Shown here: positions 38,832 to 49,486 of the stretch, in pieces | Layout of the letters: every line of letters begins with the position of its first letter | How positions within the stretch are numbered: position 1 is the first letter of the stretch | DNA from: a virus | Virus record (IMG/VR): IMGVR_UViG_3300034105_004543 | Span: 1-64,000 of that record | DNA: 64,000 bases | Strand: one strand, 5' to 3' | Program-made: the position numbers and the translations under genes | Notes under the pieces: model-generated | The model's input: the letters and a program-made list of their open reading frames with translations, nothing else | Told to the model about the DNA's origin: nothing | The model's database searches: none

Positions 38832-40553
38832 ATGAAATTGATTAACGAACAAGAAATCTACGATACCTGGTCACCGCTTATTGAAAGCAAAGCTGGTATT
38901 ACAGATGAAGGAAAAAAAGGATGGTTGACTAAATATTGTCACTATCACTCATTAAACGAATCTGCTGGAGCTTATAACTCTTTAGGTGTTGTTAATGGTA
39001 TGGGTAGCGTTGCTCCCCCTGCATTCCCAGGAATGGGTTCATTCCAAGGTGGTAATGCTAATGGTGGTTTCTATAACACAGGTAACCAAGGATCTGGAGA
39101 TAAATTCCCATCTTTATTGCCTTTAGCAATTCAAGTTGCTGCAAAAACTATCGGTTTTGATATCGTTCCAGTTATCCCTATGTCGGGTCCAACAGGTATC
39201 TTATCTTACTTAGATTATGTTTATGCTGGTGGTAAAATTGGTGCTTCTGCTGCTTCTACAGCTGCTGATCAATTAGCTTCTGCTCCAACATTAATTAAAT
39301 TCCCAGTTTATACTGGATCTGGTGCTACTGGTGCTACTGGTGCTACTGCAGCTTCATTCCCAACAGTTGGTGCTACAGGTAACATCTCAACATTACAATT
39401 AACATTTGTGGGTCTTTCTAGAATTGACGGTTTCCCAATATTTGAAGTAATGGGTCTGGCTGCTGGACAAAACATCTCTAACTATATTAATGGTACACCA
39501 ACAGCTCTTACTAACTTTGGTATTGCTGGTCCTGCTTTATCAACAGGAGCTACTTATTCTCCAAATGGTTATGCACCACAATTAGTTAAAGCTTTAGAAG
39601 ATCATATCCAAGGTTTCTCTGGTGCTGGTTTCAACAACACTACTGACTGGCAAGGTCCTTATGTAGATGGTACTAAAACTTACAATCCAATGTTAAGAGG
39701 TGTAGGTGAGTCTACTTACTTCAACTCTATGGGTCTTTCGACTTTCACTAAATTCGTTGAAGCTGAAACTTTCCAAGTTGCTGCTGCAGTTACAACTGAG
39801 CAAATTCAGGATCTTAACAAACAATTCGGTATCGACGTTATCTCAATGATCGAGAACGCATTGGTTAATGAGGTATCTCAAGCTATCAACAAACACATCT
39901 TAGCAAGAGCATTCGCTTTAGGTTGGTCTAACCACGTACAGTTCAACAACGTTGAGCAACAAAACTTAAACTTGAATCTAGTGATTGCTGGTTCTGCTGG
40001 TACAACTGCTTCTTATATAAATAAATCTGACTCTAACGTTAGTATGGCAATTCCTGCTGGTCCTGCTTCAGGTGGTTACGAGAACTTATCAACTCTTCAA
40101 AGAAGATTATTCTCTAGAATCCTTGCAGCTGCAAACGTAGTAGCTAACAGAGGTAGAAGAGGTCCTGCTAACTTCATCGTTACTAACGCTGCTGTAGCAA
40201 GTGCACTTCAAGATATTTCTCAGTTCACTTTCGCACCATTCTCTAACACATTAACACAAAACAACGGTACTTTATACCCTGTAGGTTCTCTTGCTGGTAT
40301 GACAGTATATGTAGATCAGAACATGAACTACAATGATACGAGAGTGTTAATCGGAAGAAAAGGTGGTGATGACGAACCAGGATTAAAATTCATGCCTTAC
40401 ATGATGGCGGAGTCTATCCAGACTATCTCAGAGGGTACGATGAGTCCAAAAATCGCAGTTAAATCTAGATACGCTTTAGTTGAAGCTGGTTTCTTACCTG
40501 AAACTATGTACTTAACATTCTATGTTAACGTACCTGCTGGTGGTTTAGCATAA
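38832..40553 (+). CDS. Major capsid protein (gp23-like)
   Basis: DIVPVIPMSGPTG, TTEQIQDL, NEVSQAINK, RRGPANF, GSLAGMTVYVD, FMPY, PKIAVKSRYAL; strongly biased codon usage. Confidence 0.96.
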   Translation: MKLINEQEIYDTWSPLIESKAGITDEGKKGWLTKYCHYHSLNESAGAYNSLGVVNGMGSVAPPAFPGMGSFQGGNANGGFYNTGNQGSGDKFPSLLPLAIQVAAKTIGFDIVPVIPMSGPTGILSYLDYVYAGGKIGASAASTAADQLASAPTLIKFPVYTGSGATGATGATAASFPTVGATGNISTLQLTFVGLSRIDGFPIFEVMGLAAGQNISNYINGTPTALTNFGIAGPALSTGATYSPNGYAPQLVKALEDHIQGFSGAGFNNTTDWQGPYVDGTKTYNPMLRGVGESTYFNSMGLSTFTKFVEAETFQVAAAVTTEQIQDLNKQFGIDVISMIENALVNEVSQAINKHILARAFALGWSNHVQFNNVEQQNLNLNLVIAGSAGTTASYINKSDSNVSMAIPAGPASGGYENLSTLQRRLFSRILAAANVVANRGRRGPANFIVTNAAVASALQDISQFTFAPFSNTLTQNNGTLYPVGSLAGMTVYVDQNMNYNDTRVLIGRKGGDDEPGLKFMPYMMAESIQTISEGTMSPKIAVKSRYALVEAGFLPETMYLTFYVNVPAGGLA

Positions 40554-40595
40554 TTTTGACAATCTACCGAATTTTAATTAATTCGGTTTAAATTT

Positions 40596-40625
40596 AAAGC
40601 TCCGGTGAAACCCGGAGCTTTTTTT
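40596..40625 (+). terminator. Intrinsic terminator after the capsid gene
   Basis: AAAGCTCCGG-tgaaac-CCGGAGCTTT followed by a T-tract. Confidence 0.88.
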
Positions 40626-40665
40626 ATTATATAAGATATGTACAATAATAGATATATTTGGACTC

Positions 40666-42417
40666 ATGGAACATTCTAAAGAATTACAATTACTGATAGT
40701 TTCTTTAATAGACTGCAGAGATAGGGGAAAAAGCTCAACTGGAGAGTTTACTAGAATGAGAGGAAAAACATCACTGTTTTCTGAGATTGGTGTACTTACT
40801 GCTTATTTGGATGATGAATGTACCGATGTTGGATTAGCACAAAGATTATATCATCTCCGTGAAAATATTAATTTTGTACAATATTGTGGATGCTGTAGGG
40901 AAAGAGGAATTTTAAATTCTAGAAAATTTCATAGATTAAGTACCGGTTATTTTGCAACATGTGGTTCTAAAGAATGCAAGAGAAAAACTAAAATTAATTC
41001 ATTTAGATCAACAATAGAAGAAAAATATGATGGTAACTATTTCGGAGAAGGTTCAGTAGCTAGAGAAAAATATAAATCAACAATGATTGGGAAATATGGC
41101 GTTGATCATAACTGGAAATCAGGTGAATTGAGGGATGCTGCTGAAACGACAATGATTGAGAAATATGGGGTAAAAAATGCTTTGTCTAATCCTGAAATAT
41201 TGGAAAAAAGAAATCTAACATGTATAAGTAAACATGGAACGTTAGATTTTATTAATTCAGAAAAATCAAAAGCAACAACTTTTATTAAATATGGTAAGAA
41301 TAATGCTATGCAAAATGATGCAATAGCAAGAAAAGTTGCTATGTCCTCATCAGCGACAAAACAGAGGATCTTATCCGATAAATTGGAATTTTTTAATATA
41401 ACACTTCTTAATTATAATTCAATAAGATCCAAATTTTTGTGTAATAAATGCTCAACTGTATTTGATAATCACCCAGTTACTATAAATCATAAGATAAGAA
41501 TAGGATCTGATCCATGTATTAAATGTAATCCACCAAGCCTTACCTCGTCCATAGCGGAGAATGAATTTTCAGATTTCATCACCACAATATATTCTGGAGA
41601 GATTAAAAAAAATGATAGAGAATTATTCAGAGGAAATCCAAAATTTTCTGAGGTTGATGTGTATTTACCTGAATTAAATATAGCTTTCGAGTATAATGGC
41701 TTATATTGGCATTCCGAAATTTATAAGAATCCCACATACCATATTGAAAAAACTCAAAATCTATTATCTAACGGGATTAAGCTGTATCATATTTGGGAGG
41801 ATGATTGGTTGTATAAGAAGGATATAGTAAAATCGATGGTGTCCGCGATATTAGGAACATGTACTAGAATATATGCAAGGAAATGTAGGGTTGATTACGT
41901 TACTTCCGCTGAGTATGTAAAATTTACTAAAGAAAATCATCTGAAGGGTTATTCAACGGCAAGTAAAGTGATAGGTCTTTATTACAATGATGAACTAATT
42001 TCTTTGATGAGTTTTTCGAAAACCCGTAAATTGATAGATTCAAGTACTAGCTTATATGAATATGAATTAATAAGAAGCTGCACGAAAATGAATTATAGTG
42101 TTGTTGGCGGAGCATCCAAATTATTTAATTTTTTCAATAATAATATAGGAAGATCATTAGTAACATATTGTGATGTATCATTTTCTCCCGATTTAACGAG
42201 TACTGCATATAGTAAATGCGGTATGGAATATTTGAAACTAACTAGCCCAGGATATTATTGGGTAATAGACGGAAAAAGATCAAATAGATTAAATTGGACG
42301 AAGCAGAAATTAATAGATGCTGGTTATCCACCAGAGAAAACAGCTGATGAGATTATGACAGGGATTGGTGCATATAAAATATGGGATTGCGGAAACCATA
42401 AATTTTCTAAAAAATAA
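40666..42417 (+). mobile_element. Free-standing homing-endonuclease-like protein (PD-(D/E)XK/Vsr-like domain, KYGV repeats, Zn ribbons)
   Basis: EVDVYLPELNIAFEYNGLYWH, IWEDDW, IYARKC, GGASKL, IWDCG; KYGV/KHG/KYG repeats. Confidence 0.75.
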
Positions 42418-42489
42418 AAGGTCACAGATATTAGTGGCTTTTTATTTTTCATTTCTGTCGATATATAGATGATAAAAATAAATAAATTT

Positions 42490-43647
42490 ATGAAAATCAT
42501 TCCATCTTTTGAGGATTTCGAACAGTATGAAGGTCTTATAGAAAATCTAGATCCATCGTTGCTTAAAGAGTTAAGATCCATAGAAATTCCAGAAATAACA
42601 TCCCCTATAAATGAGGGTAGAATTGCTAATTTTTTAACCAATAAACTTTCGAAGTTCCTTCTTGGATCTTTCTCTGGAGTTGGTATGATAGATGAAGCTA
42701 TCAAAGTGGTACTTGCCATTGAACTTGATCTTATTCAGAAATCTAGTGACTTTAAAAAGGAGGTAGCTAAAATTGAAGATCAGATAGACCAGCTCTCCAA
42801 GGAAAAAAACACAGATAAAATCACGGCGTTATCGAAGGAAAGGGAAGCCAAAATGAACGAATTTGATGCATACGAAAAAGCACAGAATCTCAAACTTAAA
42901 AAAGCAAGGGATGTAGCTAAACAAATCGTAAATGGCAATTCTAGAAGAAAGGAATATCTTGATTCCTGTTATGCAGAAAACGAGATAGAAATGGCTGAGC
43001 TTGAATATAGATTAGCAAAGGAAAGATCTGAGGATCAGACAGCATTAAAATCGTACGAGGAGAAACTTGCTAAAGCTAGAGAAGAAGCAGAAGCTAAAGC
43101 CAAGGAGATAGAAGAACAGATGAAGAAAGAGGAGGATAATAAGGAACCTAAGGAAGTAAAAACTGAGGTTTCGTTTGATGCTGAAAAGGAGAAAAAAATT
43201 ATATCAAGAAGAAAAGGTGGTGATGTAATTAAAAGAAAAAATGAACTTGAAAAGGAGATAGCTGATATTAAATCAGATATGGAGAGAAGATTAAATCAAA
43301 TTTCTAATAAGATAAAGAAATCCACTAAACCACTAACGGAAAGATACTTAGAAAATGCAAAACTCGATCTGATAGAGATGGCAACTGCACTTGATTATAA
43401 AAAGGAGCTTCTTTCAACATTTAGAAATCTAGGTAAGAATGCAACTGAAATTGAGAAATCACTTGGTAATAATAAGGAATTTAAGGATGCTATAGATAAG
43501 ATTAATAAAGGTGCGGGTAATGCTAAACAGATAAAAGGTGAGGTGTTAAAAGCATTTAGAGATGCATTCTCAACAGTCGGTATTGGTAAATCTGGTGTAT
43601 TAACTATAGGAATCATAGACAATCTTAAAGAAAAAATAAATAAATAA
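42490..43647 (+). CDS. Coiled-coil hypothetical protein (probable internal head protein)
   Basis: Start MKIIPSFEDF preferred because ATG 42469 abuts the promoter motif; K/E-rich helices. Confidence 0.55.
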   Translation: MKIIPSFEDFEQYEGLIENLDPSLLKELRSIEIPEITSPINEGRIANFLTNKLSKFLLGSFSGVGMIDEAIKVVLAIELDLIQKSSDFKKEVAKIEDQIDQLSKEKNTDKITALSKEREAKMNEFDAYEKAQNLKLKKARDVAKQIVNGNSRRKEYLDSCYAENEIEMAELEYRLAKERSEDQTALKSYEEKLAKAREEAEAKAKEIEEQMKKEEDNKEPKEVKTEVSFDAEKEKKIISRRKGGDVIKRKNELEKEIADIKSDMERRLNQISNKIKKSTKPLTERYLENAKLDLIEMATALDYKKELLSTFRNLGKNATEIEKSLGNNKEFKDAIDKINKGAGNAKQIKGEVLKAFRDAFSTVGIGKSGVLTIGIIDNLKEKINK

Positions 43648-43649
43648 TC

Positions 43650-44552
43650 ATGACTTTAAAATTTAAAGATTGGGATCAACTCAACGAGGCTAGCATAATC
43701 GATAAAGTAAAAAACTGGTTTAGTAGCAAATTTGGCGGACCTATAGCTAAGATAGATGATATCGTGGAAGAATATAGATCTGCTGAGGGTGATTATGTGG
43801 ATGAATGGGAAAAACTTAAAGGTGAACTCGACAAACTTGATCTTGAGAAGGGTCAAACCAAAAGTGATCCAGCTGAACTTAAAAGAATTGAAAAATTCAT
43901 AGATAAAAATAATCAGGCATTGGAAGCTGGAGAAAAGGCCCATGCTAAGAGGATAGATCTTATTATGAAGGAGGTTAAGCAGGAAATCAATGGCGATACA
44001 AAACTTAGAAAATACTGGGAATATAATAAAACAAAGGTTGACGCTGAGGTTGCTGAAGAAATGTATAATAGAGCTAAGAATTTAGCAGATGCAGCATTGG
44101 GTAAATCCCTATACAATAAATACAAATCGACTGTTATAAAAGCTAAAGAAAAAGATTTAGAATTTAGAAAGTTGTACGGAGATCTCATAGGCGGTACAGG
44201 GAGAGGCAAAGAAAATGAGCCAAATTCCACTGTTCCTGGTGGGGGATCTACTGGATTAAGCGATTCCCAAATGGAACAGTTTTTAAATATGTCCATAACT
44301 GATTTTTCAAAAAGCTCTAGAACCATGGATAAGGGTGATATTAGAGAACTAGTTTCTTTTCTTATAAGAAAAAGAAATGATCTCTACGTACAGATGGATC
44401 TTGAAAGAGATGCTCTTAATGAACTAATAGCTAGAAAGCAAGGTGCTGGTGCAACTAAAGAAAGCGCAGCAACTAAGCTTAAAGAGATACGTGAAAAATA
44501 CATGGATAAGATCAGGGATCTTAGAGGAAAAATAACTGTGGTTAGAAGATGA
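43650..44552 (+). CDS. Coiled-coil hypothetical protein, distant paralogue of the previous ORF
   Basis: Shared NE-amphipathic helix-ID..NGxxxxxxY..E.AE..Y..AK pattern. Confidence 0.55.
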   Translation: MTLKFKDWDQLNEASIIDKVKNWFSSKFGGPIAKIDDIVEEYRSAEGDYVDEWEKLKGELDKLDLEKGQTKSDPAELKRIEKFIDKNNQALEAGEKAHAKRIDLIMKEVKQEINGDTKLRKYWEYNKTKVDAEVAEEMYNRAKNLADAALGKSLYNKYKSTVIKAKEKDLEFRKLYGDLIGGTGRGKENEPNSTVPGGGSTGLSDSQMEQFLNMSITDFSKSSRTMDKGDIRELVSFLIRKRNDLYVQMDLERDALNELIARKQGAGATKESAATKLKEIREKYMDKIRDLRGKITVVRR

Positions 44553-44809
44553 TAACATTTAATTCGTTTAGATTACTCGAAGAAGAATCAGAGGCAACAA
44601 AAATACAGCAACTAAGATTGCAGTTGTCCCAAAATTTTGATGAGTTAACTGATGCAAAATCTATTAAAAAAGAAGGTGATCCAGCCTCTGAAGCAGCAAG
44701 TCTTGATCAGCAAGCAGCAGTTCATATTAAAGTATCCAATACAATGAAAGCTCTTTCAGCAGAAATTAAAAAACAACCAAAAACAGTAGCTACGCCTGCT
44801 GCAACATAA
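44549..44809 (+). CDS. Small helical hypothetical protein
   Basis: ATGA overlap; MITFNSFRLLEE leader. Confidence 0.55.
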   Translation: MITFNSFRLLEEESEATKIQQLRLQLSQNFDELTDAKSIKKEGDPASEAASLDQQAAVHIKVSNTMKALSAEIKKQPKTVATPAAT

Positions 44810-44821
44810 ACTAATAAAGAT

Positions 44822-47362
44822 ATGAATCAATATTTAAAAAATAATCCTGTAGCTAGATCAATATTCGAAAACCATAGGGAGGAGACAATCGGAAATCTAT
44901 TCGAAAATGAAGTTGTTGATGCACTTTTAAGAACCATCTGCGATGCTTGCTTGGATATCTACCAAAAGATAACTTTCGACGTAGCACCGGGTAGTGACAG
45001 AAATCCTAATGGTACCAGAGAAAAGCTTAGTCCACTTGTTGATGCAAAAAGTATTACTAATCTTATAGCTATTCTTAGAAATGACTCAGCAGAAAATGCA
45101 GTCAGAAATCCAGCTTATGCTGATTCTAAAAATCTATATTTGCAATCCCTTGAAAAATATACAGAGGCCTTAAAAGTTGCATGTGATATAAACAAGTCAA
45201 ATGAAAAATTCATACTTGATTATATCAAAGCCTGTGCTAACGTTAAGCAGAAGCAAACCGAATATATGGCAAAAGCATATAAGGATGAAATGGAAGCTAA
45301 AGTTAATGATTCTGAATCTTACTATTTTGGGGAAGACATCGTGGACGTAAACGAAAGTGGAATTTTTACTGGATATAGAGGTAGAGTCGAGGATCTTAGA
45401 AAGATATTGACTAATCTTATACTCTCATCTAAAGACAAGACATCAAAGAATGGGTACGGCAGGGATTGGCAAACAACATTTGTTGATCTTGATGAAAAAA
45501 GAAAAATCCTGGATATAAACAAGGGAGCATTCGGTGAGAAGGATAAAAAAGCACTAGATGAATTGGAAAAGCAAGTTGATAAATATAGACTTGAGTTTAT
45601 AAAAGCTTCCAATATCGCAATAGATAAATCATTAGCTGCTGTTGAAAATGACGAGGAACTTAATGGAGCTTATGGTGATGTTAATACACTCTGTGACGAA
45701 GCTAAATTGTTAAAAACTAGAGCTGAATCCCAATATACAACCGCTATAGTCGCAATAAAGGATGAGCATAAAGAAAAGGAAGAGGTTTTTAATAAGACTT
45801 TATTTCCTATAAGTAAGGGTAATACTGATGCGGATGATAAATTTAAAGATAGCGGATTAATCTTTGCTATTCAGAAAGCTCTTTGTGATGGTATACCATC
45901 GGCTGGAAAATTAATAAGATCTAAAGGTGGACCTAATGGTAAATATGGACCAGCTACCAAGTCCGTTATTGCAACTATACAAAAGATGGAGGGAAATAAA
46001 AATGTTAATGGTGAAATAGATCAGGCTTTGCTTACTGATATACTTTCTTCTGATTGGGTCTCCACTGCAAATAAGACAGCAATAAATAAAGCATTGGATA
46101 TTGCAAAAGTTAAAATGAATGATGGTCTTTCGACTGTTTTCTCCTTCAGTGATTTCGTGGGTGAGAGTAATAAAGTTAATGAAGGAAAGATTACCATCAA
46201 TAATGATGATTTTGAAAAAGAATTGGCTTCCCAATACAATCAATCTATTTCTGTAGAACCTCTTTCCCAACCCAAAAGTAAATCCCAACCAAAGGAAGGT
46301 GAGGAGGATGGTGACACTGATTCAAGTGGATCAAAATCAGCGGATGCTAATAAGCTTGCAGAAAAGCTTAGAAGCGTTTATAAAATTGATGTTGAAGGAA
46401 AAAACTTTACAAGACCTGATGGATCACTTAAACCTTCGTATAATCCCAAATTCATGGAAGCTTGGATAAAAGCTTTAGATGGTGTATCTACCTCTCCTGG
46501 AGACTATGGATATTTCTTTAATGATGGGGGTTTATATAAAATAAACAGAAAAGAAACATCTCTAAAATCACCATCGAATTGGTCTAAATTTGAAAAAGTT
46601 GATGAGAAAGACGATGCTTTTCTATTCTTTAAAAACAACGCATCACATTTTAAGACAATCGGATATATTAATGGTGCTAAAAAATATGATGCTCTTAATA
46701 AATTTGCATCAGCAATTTCTGAAAATAAACTAAAGAAATTTAATAATATATCAAAAAAGATTGGAAGTATATTAATGAATAAAGAGACTCCCTTCATATC
46801 AATGGAAAATATGAAAGGTGATATAAAAACGGTATTTGATATTGCTTTAGATACCAATTCTACGAATCCTGATATGGGAGTATATGAATTTGTATTATTA
46901 AATACACTGCTTGTTTCCGTATCCAATTGTGTAACGTATGACCCAGATAAGAAAAAATATATTCCTTGTATTAAATGGATTTCTGATAACATTTTAACTG
47001 AAGAAGTTTGTCAGGGTGTTGCTGATGATAGATTATTAAATGACGATGCTCCCGACGGTTCATTATTAATATTCACTAAGGACACATTAATTAATCCAAA
47101 AAGAAGCGATATAGAATCCATATTGAATAAAAAAAATAACGACGGATGGTCCAATCAGAAAGAACTTTCATCTCTTGCTCCGCTTATTAAATTGAGACCT
47201 GGAACAGGAATGAAGACAGCTAAAGGTATAGTTATCCTGAATCTTAGAAGAATTTCTAAAACGATATATCCAGCGATTTCTAATCTGTGTAAGAGAATGA
47301 ATACTGTTGAATTTAAAGATTTTCCTCAGGTGCTACCAAATAAATGTATTGAAATAAAATAA
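44822..47362 (+). CDS. Large helical protein with an internal peptidoglycan-binding (PG_binding_1-like) domain
   Basis: IFAIQKAL..NGKYGPATKSVIATIQK..VNGEIDQ. Confidence 0.65.
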   Translation: MNQYLKNNPVARSIFENHREETIGNLFENEVVDALLRTICDACLDIYQKITFDVAPGSDRNPNGTREKLSPLVDAKSITNLIAILRNDSAENAVRNPAYADSKNLYLQSLEKYTEALKVACDINKSNEKFILDYIKACANVKQKQTEYMAKAYKDEMEAKVNDSESYYFGEDIVDVNESGIFTGYRGRVEDLRKILTNLILSSKDKTSKNGYGRDWQTTFVDLDEKRKILDINKGAFGEKDKKALDELEKQVDKYRLEFIKASNIAIDKSLAAVENDEELNGAYGDVNTLCDEAKLLKTRAESQYTTAIVAIKDEHKEKEEVFNKTLFPISKGNTDADDKFKDSGLIFAIQKALCDGIPSAGKLIRSKGGPNGKYGPATKSVIATIQKMEGNKNVNGEIDQALLTDILSSDWVSTANKTAINKALDIAKVKMNDGLSTVFSFSDFVGESNKVNEGKITINNDDFEKELASQYNQSISVEPLSQPKSKSQPKEGEEDGDTDSSGSKSADANKLAEKLRSVYKIDVEGKNFTRPDGSLKPSYNPKFMEAWIKALDGVSTSPGDYGYFFNDGGLYKINRKETSLKSPSNWSKFEKVDEKDDAFLFFKNNASHFKTIGYINGAKKYDALNKFASAISENKLKKFNNISKKIGSILMNKETPFISMENMKGDIKTVFDIALDTNSTNPDMGVYEFVLLNTLLVSVSNCVTYDPDKKKYIPCIKWISDNILTEEVCQGVADDRLLNDDAPDGSLLIFTKDTLINPKRSDIESILNKKNNDGWSNQKELSSLAPLIKLRPGTGMKTAKGIVILNLRRISKTIYPAISNLCKRMNTVEFKDFPQVLPNKCIEIK

Positions 47363-47367
47363 TAAAA

Positions 47368-47420
47368 TTTTACACAAAAAAAGGAGGATCTTAAAAATCC
47401 TCCTTTTTTTGTGTAAATTT
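47368..47420. terminator. Long inverted repeat / terminator
   Basis: TTTACACAAAAAAAGGAGGAT-loop-ATCCTCCTTTTTTTGTGTAAA. Confidence 0.85.
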
Positions 47421-47461
47421 GTAGGGCCGAAATCAAATTAATTTTTGCATCTATAATATTT

Positions 47462-48016
47462 ATGATATACGTATTTGAAGGACCCAGAAATTCGGGAAAG
47501 ACATACCTTTCCAAAGCTATAGAAAGAAGCTTGCTTATAAAAAGATTCCAATTTGACTTTGGTAGCTATTTTAATCTATTGGAATTATCAAGTAAAGATA
47601 ACAGGGAAGCTCATACATTCTCCATGGGTAAGGAACTTATGATAATGCAAATGGCCAGAGATCTTAAAAGATCACTTCCTGATTATATACATGATAGAGG
47701 TATATTAACCGTTCTAGCTTGGGGTCTATCAGAGAATAGAATAACTGAGGCTGATGTTATAAAGCAGATAGAATTTATAAGGGAGCATGATCTCATGTCC
47801 GAAATTACCATTATCTATGTTAATGGTGTGAATCCTGACAAATCTGATAGAAATAAGGATCAGTGGGATTATGCGGAACTAGATGACAAGGAGAGATCTG
47901 CTTTTAAATTTGTTATTTTTAAATTCATGGAACTTGGATTTCAAAATGTAAAGATCTTCGAAAACAAATTTGATGCCGAGAGCATCGAGACATTAAAGAA
48001 TTATATAAACGATTAA
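47462..48016 (+). CDS. P-loop nucleotide monophosphate kinase (thymidylate-kinase-like)
   Basis: VFEGPRNSGKT, IHDRG. Confidence 0.75.
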   Translation: MIYVFEGPRNSGKTYLSKAIERSLLIKRFQFDFGSYFNLLELSSKDNREAHTFSMGKELMIMQMARDLKRSLPDYIHDRGILTVLAWGLSENRITEADVIKQIEFIREHDLMSEITIIYVNGVNPDKSDRNKDQWDYAELDDKERSAFKFVIFKFMELGFQNVKIFENKFDAESIETLKNYIND

Positions 48017-48028
48017 ATAGATATAATT

Positions 48029-49435
48029 ATGTGTGGTATAATACTAACAACCGGAGCTGGTACGAATCCCGAAATATTAGATTCTATAAAGCATAGAGGT
48101 ATAGAAAGTCACAAGGAATCTTTCGGTAACATTACATTGTGTCACCATAGGCTTCCAATTCAAACTTTGGATGGTGATAACTGGGGACAACCGATTGAGG
48201 TCGCTAAGGACATCTATATGATGTTTAACGGGGAGATATTCAATTATGATCAGAACCTATTTTCATCCGATACTGAATATCTATGTAATCTCTTTTCTAA
48301 ACTAAACGGAGTTAATCTTGAATTCTTCTCCGCTATATACATACCTCACATATGCACATGGGACGGATTTTGGTCGATAGTTTTATATAGCACTGTAACT
48401 GGTCAGGTAATATCATTTACTGATCCACTCGGAAAGAAGTGTCTCTATAAGAATGAACTTGGTGAAATTTGTTCCGAAATTAAAGGTCTATACACCAATA
48501 ATTCTAAAATAGATGAAAAGTTCATAAGCACAGTTAGAAAATTTGGATATAATACCGACAACAGAACAGCCTATACAAACATAAAGAGGCTTCTACCAAA
48601 CACATTGTATTCTTGGAATATGGAATCACCTATGTTTGAACAGACCTATGCTGAGTATTATAGAATATGGGACACTCCAATTCCTGAGCTTAAAGATGCT
48701 GACTATGAAACACATAAAGATTGGTTATGGGACAAGATGTTCGAGAGTGTTAATAATAGGCTTGTTTCTAGAAACTATCCTATATCAATATTGGTTTCAG
48801 GTGGACTTGATTCCGCGATAATTGCAGCGATTCTGAAAGAAACTGGTGCTGATGTTAAATGGTTTAGTATAGAGAATGGTGAAACCCCCTTTGTTAATGA
48901 TTTAGAAGCTCATTTAGAGACTTCTACAAATTTTCTAGACTATGATATGGACTCGGAAAAAAATGCTCTTATATACGCCCAATGGAACGAATCACCCATA
49001 GATCTTGGTTCCGTAATTCCCCAATATCACCTGTTTGAATCCATTAGAAAAAATACTGATTATAGAATAGTTATAAGTGGCGATGGCTCTGATGAGCTAT
49101 TTGGTGGTTACTCACGTATACACGAGTACGATTCACAAAAATCTGATATATTCCAAGAGCTTAGCTTTTATCATCTGCCAAGACTTGATAAGATGTCAAT
49201 GGCTCATACTCTAGAATTGAGATCACCATTCTTAAATAACGACATCATCAGATTTGCAATGCACCTTCCATTAGAATGGAGAACTGATAAAAAAATACTA
49301 AAGGACGCATTTGGTCCGATGCTTCCTGATTCAGTCGTAAATAGAAAAAAAGAAGCTCTGAAAAATCCTGAAATAAAGGAGAATAAATTAGCATATAGAC
49401 AAAAAGCTGTGGATTTGTTCCTATCCAAAGCCTAG
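48029..49435 (+). CDS. Asparagine synthetase B-like glutamine amidotransferase
   Basis: MCGI, HRG, HHRL, FNGEIFNY, SDTE, VSGGLDS, SGDGSDELFGGY, RLDKMSMAH.LE.RSPFL. Confidence 0.92.
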   Translation: MCGIILTTGAGTNPEILDSIKHRGIESHKESFGNITLCHHRLPIQTLDGDNWGQPIEVAKDIYMMFNGEIFNYDQNLFSSDTEYLCNLFSKLNGVNLEFFSAIYIPHICTWDGFWSIVLYSTVTGQVISFTDPLGKKCLYKNELGEICSEIKGLYTNNSKIDEKFISTVRKFGYNTDNRTAYTNIKRLLPNTLYSWNMESPMFEQTYAEYYRIWDTPIPELKDADYETHKDWLWDKMFESVNNRLVSRNYPISILVSGGLDSAIIAAILKETGADVKWFSIENGETPFVNDLEAHLETSTNFLDYDMDSEKNALIYAQWNESPIDLGSVIPQYHLFESIRKNTDYRIVISGDGSDELFGGYSRIHEYDSQKSDIFQELSFYHLPRLDKMSMAHTLELRSPFLNNDIIRFAMHLPLEWRTDKKILKDAFGPMLPDSVVNRKKEALKNPEIKENKLAYRQKAVDLFLSKA

Positions 49436-49486
49436 TCTTTATTAATCTGAATCTTCTTGGATATATACATAAATAAAAATCTAAGA

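Noticed and set aside
48029-49435. Lasso-peptide cyclase
   Set aside because: Intact N-terminal Cys glutaminase domain, and no precursor, B protein or RRE gene nearby
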